A stretch of DNA of 61,611 nt, counting the filler, from Choristocarpus tenellus KU-1152 (taxonomy: Eukaryota; Protista; Phaeophyceae): the NCBI GenBank assembly GCA_964200185.2. It is 14 parts of 14 records of this genome, joined end to end, with 100 filler letters (N's around TTAATTAATTAA, not from the genome) between each part and the next. Parts side by side here need not be neighbours in the genome. Positions count along the whole stretch, not along the records: positions 21,096 to 27,389 come from CAXNAD020008468.1; positions 27,490 to 30,965 come from CAXNAD020019781.1; positions 31,066 to 36,806 come from CAXNAD020009866.1; 11 more parts are not named here. The stretch is one strand, 5' to 3'. A program made the translations under genes and the position numbers. This document shows positions 24,147 to 36,906 of this stretch, one piece after another; position 1 is the stretch's first letter, and every line of letters starts with the position of its first letter. The notes below the pieces were generated by a model. That model had not been told where the DNA came from, made no database searches, and worked only from the letters and a program-made list of their open reading frames with translations.

Positions 24147-27100
24147 ATGTGAGAGATGTGTTTGTTATTAACCAGGCGTAGAGAAGGGTAGGACCTTTTG
24201 TTGTCAGAGGCAAGGTGGTTTTAGATGTCCGATTGAGCAACCTCTCCCTCCGTTCAACAATACTTGTCATCCAATACAAAACAAACTTGCGACTGCATGG
24301 TACTAACCATTTTTCTTTGTCCTAGGTGTATCCTATTCTTATATCACTCCTTTGGAACAACACCTGAGCAGAATAGCTTCCCTGAGGTACGTGCCCAATC
24401 AAAGGGGTTACGTAGGAGGTACAAGTTCATCCTGGCCAGCAATCGTGACGAGTGGATGGAAAGACCTTCAGCTCCCATGCATTTTTGGAAGGACGAAGGA
24501 CAGTCAGATGTCTTGGCAGGTGCTGTGTGTCGATCTCACTAATCTTGCCATTCCTGGTTGGTACTTCTGATCAAAGGACGTATCGAGGAGTCCCCACTCG
24601 GCTGTGGATGATGAGAATATCCTGTGACTTGTCTAAGGGACAAACAACACTGTCTACGGCTGAAGTCATCATTAACTAGGGACATTTAGCAACCTGCCAC
24701 CACACTACGGTCACACATCGTTTACTCTTTGCGACACACCTACTCCCCCTCAGGCCGAGACCTGAAAGCAGGAGGGACCTGGTTGGGAGTTAATCGCTTC
24801 GGAAAGTTTGCAGTCGTCACAAACTCTCTTTCCTCGTGGGATGACCTTGTAAACTTGGTGGGAGGGAAACGGTCGCTCATCGGCCTGGCCGCAACAACTG
24901 TCACCGCCTTGACGGGAGGAATAGCTGCTGCTCTTGGCGCCAGCAGACGGGGTCAGACCATCAGATTCCTCGGGCTTTTGTGTGCAGGGGCCACTCTCCT
25001 AGTGGCACGAAGGAGCAAACTAAGAAGTAGAGGAGAGCTAGTGGCAGGCTACCTTGAGGGAGAGCAGAGTGCCGAGGCATATTGCCGAAGTATGTCCAAG
25101 GTCAGGCTCGCACCTACCTGCACGCAGTCCTTGGCTACCTATTGACACGTCCTGTATGGTCTGAGGAGTTTTTGTTGCAACTGACATGTTCTTCTTGAGG
25201 GAGTAGGGAATTGTGGGATGCAAATGCTTCTATTCAATCCTGATCTAGATGAGGTCATCATGATACTCCCAGAAGTTCTGTTCTACAGAGAGAGGGACAT
25301 GACAGACATTAATATCTTCGTGGTACTGCTGAGCTGCCCATATATTCTCAGATCAATCCAGTGAACTATGTGTCACGACATTATGCCCTCAGCATGCAGG
25401 ACGGTTCAATGACTTAATACACACGCTTTGATGTGCAGACACAATAGTGCACAACACTCAGGCACTGCCCCCTTACCAAATTTAGGCTGTACACTGTAAT
25501 GGACAGATTCAGGTTTACTTGGGTTACATTTGCTTTGTATTATATGGTCGTACATCAGTTCTTGATCCCTCATGAGCATATGCACTCTCACAGTGCACAC
25601 ATGCATGCCCACACGCATACCCTTCTGCCTCTCCTTCCCCCCAGGACCTAGGTCAGTACTCAGGGTTCAGTCTCTTGGTTGGAGACTCACATGGGGTGTG
25701 GATGTTGACCAATCGCTATGTGGCCCCTGTAATGGACCTTCCAGCGGGTTTGTATGGCTTGGGAAATGCCTCCTTGGACACTCCATGGGGAAAGGTGTGA
25801 GGTGCAATGTCAGGGGGTAGGCGTATTGAGGGATGGCAATATTGATGAACAAGTATTGATGGGTGGGAAAACTGCTTTTAGGCAATGTTGGTGTTGTGAC
25901 GTTTTTGACCGATGTAATGGGTTGACACAGGGAGGGCATGATTGTGTGCTTTTTTGGGGAGTATTTGTACTCTGTACTCTCTTGGCTTGTGGTGTTATTG
26001 CTTCTGGGAGGGGATATTACTTACCATGCTGGTAAGTAGGATAGCCTCAACAGCTTTAAGCTTTGGGGGGGAGGGGTTCCATTTCCAGAGCATTTGGGTC
26101 CAGACCAACAGCATACTGAAGCTCTACACATGTTTCTATTCCTGGTTTTGGTGATGGTATCGACACTTCTGAAAGTCTCCTTTGAGTGATTTCAATATTT
26201 TACATGCTTTCTTTTTATGCCAGGGCATGTTCTTTTTTATTTATGACCTTTATGCAGGTACACAAAGCATCACAGACCATCCTGTGAATCCCCCGCCACC
26301 TCCCCCAATGGTGGCCAAAAATTTACGGTGTTTTGTGTTTGGTTTATTTTATTGAAATTATAGACACCACACCTGGCCTCATCCCATTGTACACACATGC
26401 GCACATACATGTCCTTCAAAGCACATTGATATCCATCAACAATGCTGCATTAGATGCTTCATGGAAAGTCATGCATGATGGATGCGCTCCTTAAAGTGAA
26501 CCATGATCTAGGGCTCAGCGAGGACAAGCTGGTGTCTCTCCTCATGGATGTGCTGGAGGATGAGAAGCACTGCCCATCATCTTTCTCAAGACGTTTTACA
26601 TGTGAGCCCCCTTGCATGAGCCTTGTCCCACCTCCAATCCGACCCCTGGCCTAGCCACCCTCGAAACAACTTGCCAGAAGAGTCAAAAGGAGTCCCCATT
26701 ACTGAGTAGAGGCGTTTAAATGTAGAGGGGGCAAGGGAAGCTTCAGGAGGAAGGAACCCTGTTGATGCAAATGGTGCTTTTTTGATGCCGTCTCTTCTAC
26801 CCTGCAGTCTTGACACCATTTACTCGGGAAGGAGATCAGACGACACAAGCAGCGGGAAGCATTTTAGATGTGGTGTAGACTGGTAGACCTTTTTGTTTTG
26901 CCTGCGCAATCAATTTGGTGAGCTTCTTCAAAGGAGTTTTACGCATTCTCGAGTGTGCTACCGATGTTACAATCCCCCTTTCCTTCCCCCCATGTTTCCT
27001 TTCGCCTGGTCTTTTTCTTACACGGTTAACTCCTTGAGCAGGGATAGGGCGCCTACTTTCTCCTTCTAAGTTGGTTGGGGGCTCATCGCAGGAACGTGTG

Positions 27101-27389
27101 TGCATACCCCCCACGCTGCTTCCCACCTCCTACTGGAGCTTGCTGTGGGGTTTGGTAAGGGGAGGGAAGGGAACTTGGCAGCACTATGGGACTCGAACAA
27201 GCACAGTGATTCTAGTAGATGCGTGTGGAAGAACCAAGGTGGTGGAAAGGAATCGCCATGTTGGGAGGACCCAGGAGTTAGTGGATGGGGAGGGGGGAGG
27301 GGTGGGGATGGAGGCAGGGGGGGGAACTGGACAAGTGGTGCCAGAGCTGGTGGATGGTGCTGCAAAAGGAGGGACCAAAGATCTGGTGT
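24147..27389 (+). CDS. TANGO2: TANGO2 / NRDE-family protein (3' end truncated by contig end)
   Basis: Exons: AT 24147-24148, 24326-24519 (CILFLY...ILASNRDEWMERPS), 24754-25100 (GRDLKAGGTWLG...SRGELV), 25645-25794 (YSGFSLLVGD...GLGNASLDTPWGK), 26454-26601, probable 26808-~26870, and 27092-27389 (YGTRTSTVILVD). The family motifs appear in the expected order. Confidence 0.92.
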
Positions 27390-29050
27390 NNNNNNNNNNN
27401 NNNNNNNNNNNNNNNNNNNNNNNNNNNNNNNNNTTAATTAATTAANNNNNNNNNNNNNNNNNNNNNNNNNNNNNNNNNNNNNNNNNNNNTGTACACCCCT
27501 GCATTCCATGGGGGGGGGGGGATATATACATGTATGTATAAACATCGTATAATCATCACTTAGGGGAAATGTTCATGATTTGATTGATGGACCAAGAGAT
27601 GTTTCAGAGTGAAAGCACCTGATTGGTTCGATGGGACCTACAGGCCACCTCACTGGTGTAAATATTGTCCAAGGGTTGGGGATAGGGTTCAGAAAAAAAT
27701 CGTTATCTCCTCATGCATGTGCCCTATAGCTCAAACCCCTCACAAGCATTTTTGATTTTGTTATTGCCTCTGAGATTGGGGGTGACTTCAAGACAGCCTG
27801 GGAGTTCGGAGGTTGGGGTTTCCATGAATTTATTGGCATTCTTTTTTTTTTGGAGGATTTCTTACTATTTGTGGCAGTTTCACCTTTAGGGCAGGCATTA
27901 TATTGTTGGGGTTATCAACCGTTGTTCTGATATGATATTTTATTTTATGTTACTTCATCTTTTCTTGTGTCACAAAATTTGAAACTATGTTCAACGTATG
28001 ATTTCATACAACATATGGGCTAGAAGTGATGTGAGTGCAAGATTTGAATTTGTATATATATAGATAGATAGATAGATAGATAGATTATTTTCTTTTTTTA
28101 TGCTGTGAGGCGTAATAAAAGGCGAGTAGCTTTTGGAATTGATTGGGGGCGGTCCTGGGAACACATTAGCACCTTTTTTTTGTTGTTAAAGCACTATAGA
28201 ACGCCTTGTGACAGTATCAACTTGGCTATTGTCCTATTTTCTTTTTAAACGATGGGTGGGTATTCGACTGCCTTGCGTCCTCCACGCAGTGTCCCCAAAA
28301 CTGTAATATGTTTGGGCTGGTCTAAGGGATTGGTTGACTTGAAGGTCAAGTCATCACCATGAACCTTGCACTTTGTGGGTTTCCCAAAGGCACGATGGTG
28401 TACATACTGGTGATAGTTACACACTTTCAGCGGGCTTTTCATTGAGCTAAAGACTATTCAGTTGGTTGAGGTACTAGAATGCACTTTCTGATTCTCTGTG
28501 TGAGACCTCTGTACTCTGCTGTATCACCAGGAAATCCGTGGTACTTGGTGCTGTTCAAGTTCAGATACTTTCAAGTTTGGGTGGGTACTTGGTACCATAA
28601 AGTTGAAGAACAGCACAGGTCGTCCTCCAAGATAACCCCCCACAAAACGTTCTGGAGTACTTCCAATGATTCCACACCGGGAAGGCGTTTCTCACAGCTT
28701 TGCAGCGGGCAACATAGATCAAGTCGAATAAGTCCGATTCCGTTCAAGATTTTCCTGGAACCCTCTCAACGTTTTTGTTCAAGGCTCTCCCTCCGAAATA
28801 AAGGTCCTGATACCATCTGGCACATACCCGTCTTGTTGTGCACTCATAGCCTTCCCCACAAAACTGTTTGAACCAACAATACCAATCAGAGGGGGCAGTC
28901 ACTGTTCTGATAGGCTAGGATCTGTGCTCCAGAACGAGAGCTCTGGGTGTGTTTTCTTTTTAACAATGTCATGAAAATAATAAAGAAAATAATTTTACCT
29001 TTTGGCAGTCAGAGCAAAGCTCCACTTACAACATATCAGGATCCCCTCAC

Positions 29051-30605
29051 CTGGAATATGTCAACCGTTTCGTTCTGCTGCAGGGACTGCTCCACTCCTG
29101 GACCCACCTTGCGCAGGAAAGCTAGCATGCCCTTGCTCGACATTATACTTGCGACCTTGTAGAAAGAAAAAAAAAGAATAGGAAAAGTGTCGAGGGGATA
29201 CTTCAAGAAAAAAAAGAAAGAAAATAGAAAAAAAACGCACTTCAAAGATGTAGTGCAGCCAGTCGCGACAACGAGCAGCCGTTCACACTTGAAAGAGCCA
29301 CACGCCTGCACAGTTCCACAAGAACCGCGAAGACTCCCGAGAGAGATCGCATCAAAGCTCCTCCCTCCCGATACATACATGCCTATGCTATTTTTGCCAG
29401 TTGTACATCTGTGTGGTTGCACCTCTTCCTCTGTGTAGTGCATTGTGGAGTACTGTACGGAGGCGTTGACGCTGCGAAACCATGTGGTCTGAGACGCAGC
29501 CGGGCATGACTGGGCTGCTGCCTGACAGGGGGTGTCCATGAGCTTGCGATCCGGGTTGGCGGGGTCGTAGGTGGTGAATGCTGCCTCCATGTATTTGCGG
29601 ATGCCTACCTGAAACATTTTGTGTCCCAGCATGTCAATTGAGTAGGAGGTTTTGAGGCAACAAAGAGAGGAGGTGATAGCAGCTTGCTCTGACTAGGGTG
29701 CTGAAGAGATCAGAGCTGGTGAGAGCACTCCCTTTGCCGCTATTGCCAATATTGCCAATATTGCCCAGGGTGCAGGCCCTGAAATTCCATCACATTTGAG
29801 GATGCTTGGCAATTTTGACAGTCAAGTACACAGATCTTGAGTTTGGATGGTCATAGATGGAAAAAAAAATTATACGATCAACGGTCAAGTGTCATCCGCG
29901 ATTTGCCAAAGTGAAACAAGAAGCAACCCAGGTTTTGGCCATTTTGCATCTTAAGCCAGTTTTCCATCTTTTGCAATTAATTCAACTACATTTCAATGGA
30001 TTAAGGGCTAAGTATGACTTGAGAGGGTGTATTTGTTCGATTAGATGAGATTTTTCGACAAAGTTCAGAACATCCTCCTGTGTGCGTTGGTAAAAAAATA
30101 GAGTATAATTTTGGACATATTTGATTCGCATCCCCAAAAACACAACTCTGGGTACGTCTTGTTTACTTTGAGTCTATAAGGTTACCAAATGCTGATTATC
30201 GGTCAGATAAACCTATCTTCAGCATCATCTAAGGTCTCGAAGTGTGCATTATCCGTGCCATGCCTGCAATTTCCAAAGAGAAGTGACCAGATTTTGGTTA
30301 ACGATAGATTGTTCTGAGCAAAGTCACACTATAGGCAGGTATACTAGGCATTGAGATACAGTGCATCATTAGAGTCAGGCAATTGTACGCTGAAAGCATC
30401 ACCAGGAAAAATGAATGGAACATCTTCAACGATATTCTTGAGTGCACGACAAAAAAGACGGGCTGACCTTGGCCATGTTGTCATCTGTCAGCCAATCACA
30501 TGCGTCCCTGTCCCCCAATTTGCACGGCACCCCAAAGCTGCGTCGTGGTCGAGTCATGTTCATGATCAGCAATGGTCGCTCCGATTTTATTGTGAGGTAC
30601 TCAAC
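29051..30605 (-). CDS. WDR63: Inner-arm dynein I1/f intermediate chain IC140 / WDR63 (partial, 3 exons)
   Basis: Exons 30605-30468 (SERPLLIMNMTRPRRSFGVPCKLGDRD), 29608-29423 (ASQTTWFRSVNASVQY), 29155-29051 (MLAFLRKVGPGVEQSLQQNETVDIFQ). The QT.W...N...QY and E.ALQQNE..+ motifs are recalled from WDR63/DNAI3. Confidence 0.82.
29903..30174. mobile_element. MITE-like family C copy in a WDR63 intron
   Basis: Imperfect ~27-bp TIRs (gccaaagtgaaacaagaagcaacccag / ctgggtacgtcttgtttactttgagtc). The interior is homologous in reverse orientation to 60155-60403. Confidence 0.65.
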
Positions 30606-32454
30606 CTATTTGTTGGGGAAAGGAGAGAACCATTGGAGGACGTGGTGGAGTGTTGAAACCGTTTTTTCGAATAGTGAGTACTAGGTTTGTTAAAGAAATT
30701 GGTGTTCCCGAGACTTGTGAATGTAAATAACTCGATTAATTCCTCATTATGCAGAACAGGTTGTACATGAAGTAAGGAAGGTATAAGAAAGGAGAGTGAG
30801 CTTCAAAGCTCAAAGGGGGTGGGTCATTACCTTACGATTCACATATTCTAATATCACGTCACTCAATCCATGATTACTTGCTATGTTACTTGCTACAATA
30901 TTCCTTTTCTAAGATTCTTCTTGTTGTACTATAATAACCCGGACAATATTTCCGTTGTCACCTGANNNNNNNNNNNNNNNNNNNNNNNNNNNNNNNNNNN
31001 NNNNNNNNNTTAATTAATTAANNNNNNNNNNNNNNNNNNNNNNNNNNNNNNNNNNNNNNNNNNNNTTCTTATTTGTAATAAAAAAAAAACACAGACAGGA
31101 TAAAAAATGAAAGTGGTGTGTTTGTGGGGGGGGGGGGGGGGGGGGGGGGGAAGAGCAGGGAGATTTGTTCCATATTTTCATGGGTCAACCCTACGAAGGC
31201 TTAAGATCTGTGCGACAAAACAGACCCGCTCGACCCTGGAGAGGCGTTTCTACCATACCAACACCTCACTCACAGGCGTTTCTACCCATCATCGAACACA
31301 CACACCGGTAACATTTTTTTTTGTTCATGATCGTGTTAGTGCCAACCGTCTGACGTACTTCCACAAAAATAAAATTAAAAAATGCAACAAATTTAGATCC
31401 ATTGAGTCAATTCTTGAAACCTCTTAAAAAGTCGGTACTTTTTTTTTTTAATTTAAATCACACACATGCGCGTGCTCTCATGCAGTTTTTTTTTGTTAAG
31501 CCTACTTGCAGCATCGGTCTCTTCTCACCGCCACCTCACCTTATCAAAAAAATATAAAAATATTTAAAATAAACTCTCTTTCTTGACAAAACAGACAGCA
31601 TCAAGTCAAATGTTCCTCTCACAACAATGAATGCACGCACGCCTTGTGCTGGACAATGTGTGTCTCAGACAGGTAGGCTGACTATTCTACACCAGGTGGT
31701 TAGGGTCAGGGCAGTGTTGTCTGAGGTGCGCACTGTACTTTCTCTTTGTTGTATTTATACCTCTCTGTTAACTCTTCCCACCCCCAAACTCCGTTTTTAA
31801 CTTTTCAGCACATTAATCCGGGTGAAAACGTAGACGCTGCTGTATCAGACTTTTAAAAAGCAAAACAAGACGTTAAACTTACACAACCCACTGTCACAGG
31901 AAAAGAAAACAGGCGGTAAATACTATTCTTGCATCAAAATCAAAACAGTCGTGGAAACAGATCTTATACAAAATTTCAAGAATACTTTGTATACATGTAC
32001 ACATGAAATCATGAAAATTATCTATACACAACAAACACAACAGTTCGATCTTACTCTTTTCCTTAGTCCTAAAAAACAAAGCAGTGAACAAATCAGGCGT
32101 TTTCTTTACGAAAAAAACAAAAACAAAAAACTCCCTAGCAACGGGAAGGATTCAATTCAAACCCATTGCCAGAACCAACGTACTGCTCATCCCCGGACAC
32201 ACAAATGCATTGCCAGTTGACTAACCAACCACCTCCCTCTCCTTCCACCGCATCTGAAAACCCCTCGTTCCCCCTCTTGCTCCTCCTCAGTCGCATCCCT
32301 AGAAATAGGACCTCTTTCTGAGGGCGATTCGAAATCAATATACCAACTTCTAACAAGGTAAAAAAAAAAAGTGCTGTCAGATGAACAAACAGTACGACCT
32401 TGCCACCCCCTACCAACAATGCCAAAATGCATCACACACACACACACACACACT

Positions 32455-32715
32455 GAGTGAAAGTATCTTATAGGGTACGAGTCTTGCCCAGTTTGTCCAT
32501 TTGGAACTTGGCTTCCCACGGGGTTTTTTATTACATTTTCCTACTCCAAAATGTTTCAGAGTAGGTAAAATTTGTATGTTATGAAAAGGTGTGTCCGGAA
32601 CAAGGGTATTGACACTTCCTAACAAACACGATAGCCGAAATTACATCAAAATCACAACATTGGATTTCGGCTCCCCAAATGGACGCAGCCCTACCCTCTA
32701 AGATACTTTGACTCC
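32455..32715. mobile_element. MITE-like family B, best-preserved copy
   Basis: TIRs GAGTGAAAGTATCTTATAGGGTAC / CTACCCTCTAAGATACTTTGACTCC; ACT at 32452-32454 and 32716-32718. Confidence 0.88.
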
Positions 32716-32847
32716 ACTGTCATACCGCCAACAATCCCTTGCGTGGTATATATCATACCGTATATCATACCGAATCGCTATCTAAAACTGGAAACAGTCT
32801 TCTTGACTCAATTCAATCGCTCGTCACTGCCCCTCCTACCGGCGAAC

Positions 32848-35800
32848 CTGGCGATCCAAGGCGGGAATGTCTGGGTCCGATTTTGACCTGGAAAGCCCCT
32901 GCTGCACCCGTGACGCCTCCGTCATGGTGGAGAAAACCTTGACCCAACGTTGCGTAAGCTTGATGTGCTGGTGCAGGGATATCCTCGTCCCGAGAGGAGC
33001 ATAAATGTTTCTTGCCGTGTGGGCCGCCAAGAGAGTATCCCAGTCCGGGGCAGAGATGAGGTCTTCCCCCAATTGCTTAGCGACACTCTTTGGGAACAAG
33101 GGGGAAGGCATGTAGACAAGGGGTCAAATGCTCGTTGGCAGTAGGGTGTGGTATGGTATGGTATGGCATGGTCGCAGCAGGAGATGAGCAACAGTGTTTT
33201 GGATCTAGCTTGCGCCGTATGAGATGATGAGATGCATCTAAGCCTAGCCCTATCCCTAACCCCAACTCACAAGCACCCTAATCAACCCCAACTCACAAGC
33301 ACCCTAATCGGTGAGACACAATCTCCTTATTTCTCACCACAAGACCATCTCCCCTGCTGCTACAAAACCCTGTTTTACTTCTTTATATTTCTTTCTTCTA
33401 TTTACGGTTACATTTATGTTGGTGACGGGGGACGGATGAGAGATGTGAAAGCTGTTACTGCTTGGTTCACATCCACAACACTCTTCTTATTGCAATAATG
33501 ACGCAAGCCAATCAACCGCAACATTAGCCAATAATACGCGAACACCACTGTTTCTCAAGGTATAAAAAAAAACATCGATACAAAACACCGCCAATGGATG
33601 GCAACACAACACAACACAACATCGTGCTAGTAAAAGTCCTGTAGCACGCCCCACCTACAAATGGGGTTGCCCTTACATCATCGCGTCAATTCTTTACTCT
33701 CCTGACAAAACCGGCACAGCCGTTTCGAAACATGATATTGTTCTGAAACATGTAAGACGTCAAAACACCTCACACTACCTCCCAGATATTTTAAAGAAAA
33801 CTTGCTGCTGAGAACATCCCTTCGCCCTATAACCCTTACTTACCTTACCTACCACTCACCTGCATTATGCGACCTGCTGCACCCGTTTCCCCCCCCTCCC
33901 CCAGAGCCAAACCAGGGTAATCCCCAGCTCTGTAGGAGACTGGGACTGCATAGGCCAACCCAAGGTCGGATCGGAACTTCTCCCTGTGTAGGTAGGAAAG
34001 GGCACAGCTGACAACGTTTACCTTGAAATCATTATTCCCAGCCTCATGCTCGCGCTTGAGAACCTATCGGGGACAGGGGATGGAGGGGATTGGAGCTAGT
34101 TTTCGGCATGAGACACACACACACACACACACACAATCTAAATTTGGGGGTCTCATCTTGCATAGAATCAATTAACGCTGCGCCATCTTGGCACATTTGA
34201 AAAGTCTTTCACATTATTAGTCTTCCGTTTAGGACTTACGTTAGATCGTGCTCAGTCTTGGGTGTTGAGAAAAAGAAGAAAGCAAGCGCTCAGGCATGGG
34301 TAGTCCTCGTTGATCGGTGGGTTTGACCTCAAGCCCAAAAAATGCCTTCGGAGAACTTTCCCCAAGATTTTACACCCCCTTGCATTAAAAAAAAAAGACA
34401 TGTCACCCCTTCACTTCCCAAAACGAAATTCCAAAATAAAAAATACGCATGTATGTACGGGAAGACTTGGATCAAAGTCGTATCACAATATTGATCCTGT
34501 GCTGCAAATCAGGTTAGACCACAAAAAACGCCACTTTTCAACAGAAAAAAATGGCCAGGCACGCCTGCCTCTTCACAAAGGGCACCCCCCACCCAATACA
34601 AACTCGTGCAAGCAGCCGCATAAAGTCACCCCATTCCTACTTCAATCCAAGAAAGACCCAGCATAAAGCACAACCATCACCCTAACCCTATACTTTTTTG
34701 GTGTAGCTAAGCACGAAAACATGTTCATTCCCAATGGTACCCCTGTCCAGGTACTCCCCAATCCCACTGGTACAAAGGCCTTGGAGGCGGGACCAAAAAT
34801 TATACAAACTTTTATCCACCCCTAACCCTCATAAAAAAAAAGTGCACCTCAATGACAATGCGTCCTACACCAGGCTTCAGGGGGGAAATACCGCTCTGGT
34901 AACGACTGATTCCCTCCGGGAATAGGCACACGCATCCTCCAGTCTGAAGAGCTTTGTACAAGGCCGCCAAGGACTCTGAGTTGTTTGTCTTGGAGCCATG
35001 TTCAGTCCTACGCTGTATCGGGACCGTTCCGGTGTTACGGACCCACCACCTTTATGCACACAGCAGACAAACAGCAATAGAACCAAAGGATCACAAGTGA
35101 ACTTCTTTTTTTTAATTTACACTGCAGCGTACAGATATCTAACACGTTTGTGTGTATGTACAGATGTTTATTATGTGTTCATGTGTAGAGATGTAAACGT
35201 GCAGGTAGTGTATGTTGAGGTGCAAGTAAACAAAGGGCACGCACATCTCTCGGGTACAATTTCCTCGATAGTGTAACCGCAAAAAGGTTTGACTTGAGGT
35301 GGCTGCAAATCAGTTACAGAAAAAAAATCAAAAGGATTAGTACCATAAGAGTGGTGCAAGGCCCATGAGACACAAAGGACTACAAAGAAATATGTGCAAA
35401 TGGATATTAATTACAGTTCAGTAGCTGTAGCGGACTGATAAGAGAGATTGTGCGATGGTAATTGCAGTTGCGAGGAAAGGGGAGTCATGTCATTCTGTTA
35501 AGACTGCAATGGGGTGGGTGGGACCACAGGTGGATGAGATTGCATATCGCTCATATTATATGGAAGAGAAGGATAGGAGTGAGTCCCAACAAAAGGAGCC
35601 AACAGCGATTTCTTTGTTGGGAGTCATAGCGAGGGTAGCTAGTTCTTGAGTTCAACAACGCATCCACGGCCCAGACTCTCGTACCCAAATATTTTGTCCT
35701 TCCACAACGTATCCTTGGCCGTTAGCCGCACCATTCTGGGACTCTGGCTCACGACTGCGATGGCGTCTGTCAAACTGTTGCCGTGGTTGGGGCATAGCAC

Positions 35801-36523
35801 GGTGCACTCACCGGGAGGGGGAACCAAAGAGTCATTATGAACCTGCAGAGGACGGATTCGGTTTGGGGGTGGAGGAAGGTTGCGCACAAGTGTGTGAGAC
35901 TAACAGAACAAAAGAAGAAGATACTGGGAATTTCGATTGATTTTTAGAGGTATGAAATGAAAGGTATTCACGTAGTTATCATGGTTTACTATTGGCAAAC
36001 ACTGTGGTCTTGACGTGTGATGAACGTTAGGCAGGGGGCAAGGGTCACCAGCCGAAAGGCAAAAGGTTGCTCAGTAGAGTGAAGAAAAAAAAAATGGACT
36101 TGTATAGATGCAGGGATTAGGGGGGGAAGCTACTTGAAATGCTATATTACTTTCGAAAGTAACACCACGATAGAAGTCTCATATGCTTAACAATTCACCC
36201 CTGCGTGCTTACTTGCTGCCATTGAGCCTGTCTACAGTCAGTCCACTAGATACATCTATGACAATGAGTTTGTGATAAAGGATTCGAAAAGGTGGTTAAA
36301 CGGAACGCCTCACCATCATTGACAGGATTTCGCATTGGTAGTACTATGTAAGAATTATTCAGCGCCATAAAAAAAACTCTGTAACTCTGAAATGGACCTG
36401 CCAACGGTATTGAAGTGAACGGGCACTGACCTCAACTGTGTTGTAGAAGCCCTTAAGACCGGTTGTGAAAATAGCTTGTATCGCCCGATACGTGAGGGGG
36501 ATGTAGTTCTCATCCGCCCCCAT
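32848..36523 (-). CDS. Glycerol-3-phosphate/phospholipid acyltransferase, PlsC domain, SCT1/GPT2-like architecture (first 5 exons)
   Basis: Exons 36523-36431 (MGADENYIPLTYRAI...), 35842-35685 (CPNHGNSLTDA = HX4D; AKDTLW), 35049-34848 (VPIQRR...LFPEGISRY...PLKPG), 34063-33860 (SYLHREKFRSD), 33087-~32848 (ISAPDWDTL..AHTARNIY). Phases are consistent. Confidence 0.9.
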
Positions 36524-36906
36524 TTCTCTCTCTCGCTATGATACTACAACCAGAAAATAGATGGTCGAGTGTAGATCGATTGTTAGATGTTGGGTGTTGA
36601 GTGTCTTAATTCGTCTAATTTAGAAAATATACAAGTTAGTGCGTTGGTTACAAAGTGAAACAAATACGAATAGTTAGATTAGTTATTTGAGTTGATTTAT
36701 TGATGAACGATGTTGACCCCAAATGTTATTTACTTATATTTGTCAGGGACAGGTTCCTTTTTGGGATCGCCGACACACACTGTATGTATAAGACGCGCGG
36801 TCAGATNNNNNNNNNNNNNNNNNNNNNNNNNNNNNNNNNNNNNNNNNNNNTTAATTAATTAANNNNNNNNNNNNNNNNNNNNNNNNNNNNNNNNNNNNNN
36901 NNNNNN

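Noticed and set aside
28200-28910. Coding-like stretch in an intron or flank of WDR63
   Set aside because: The minus-strand frames I translated all contain stops, and I could not identify any motif.
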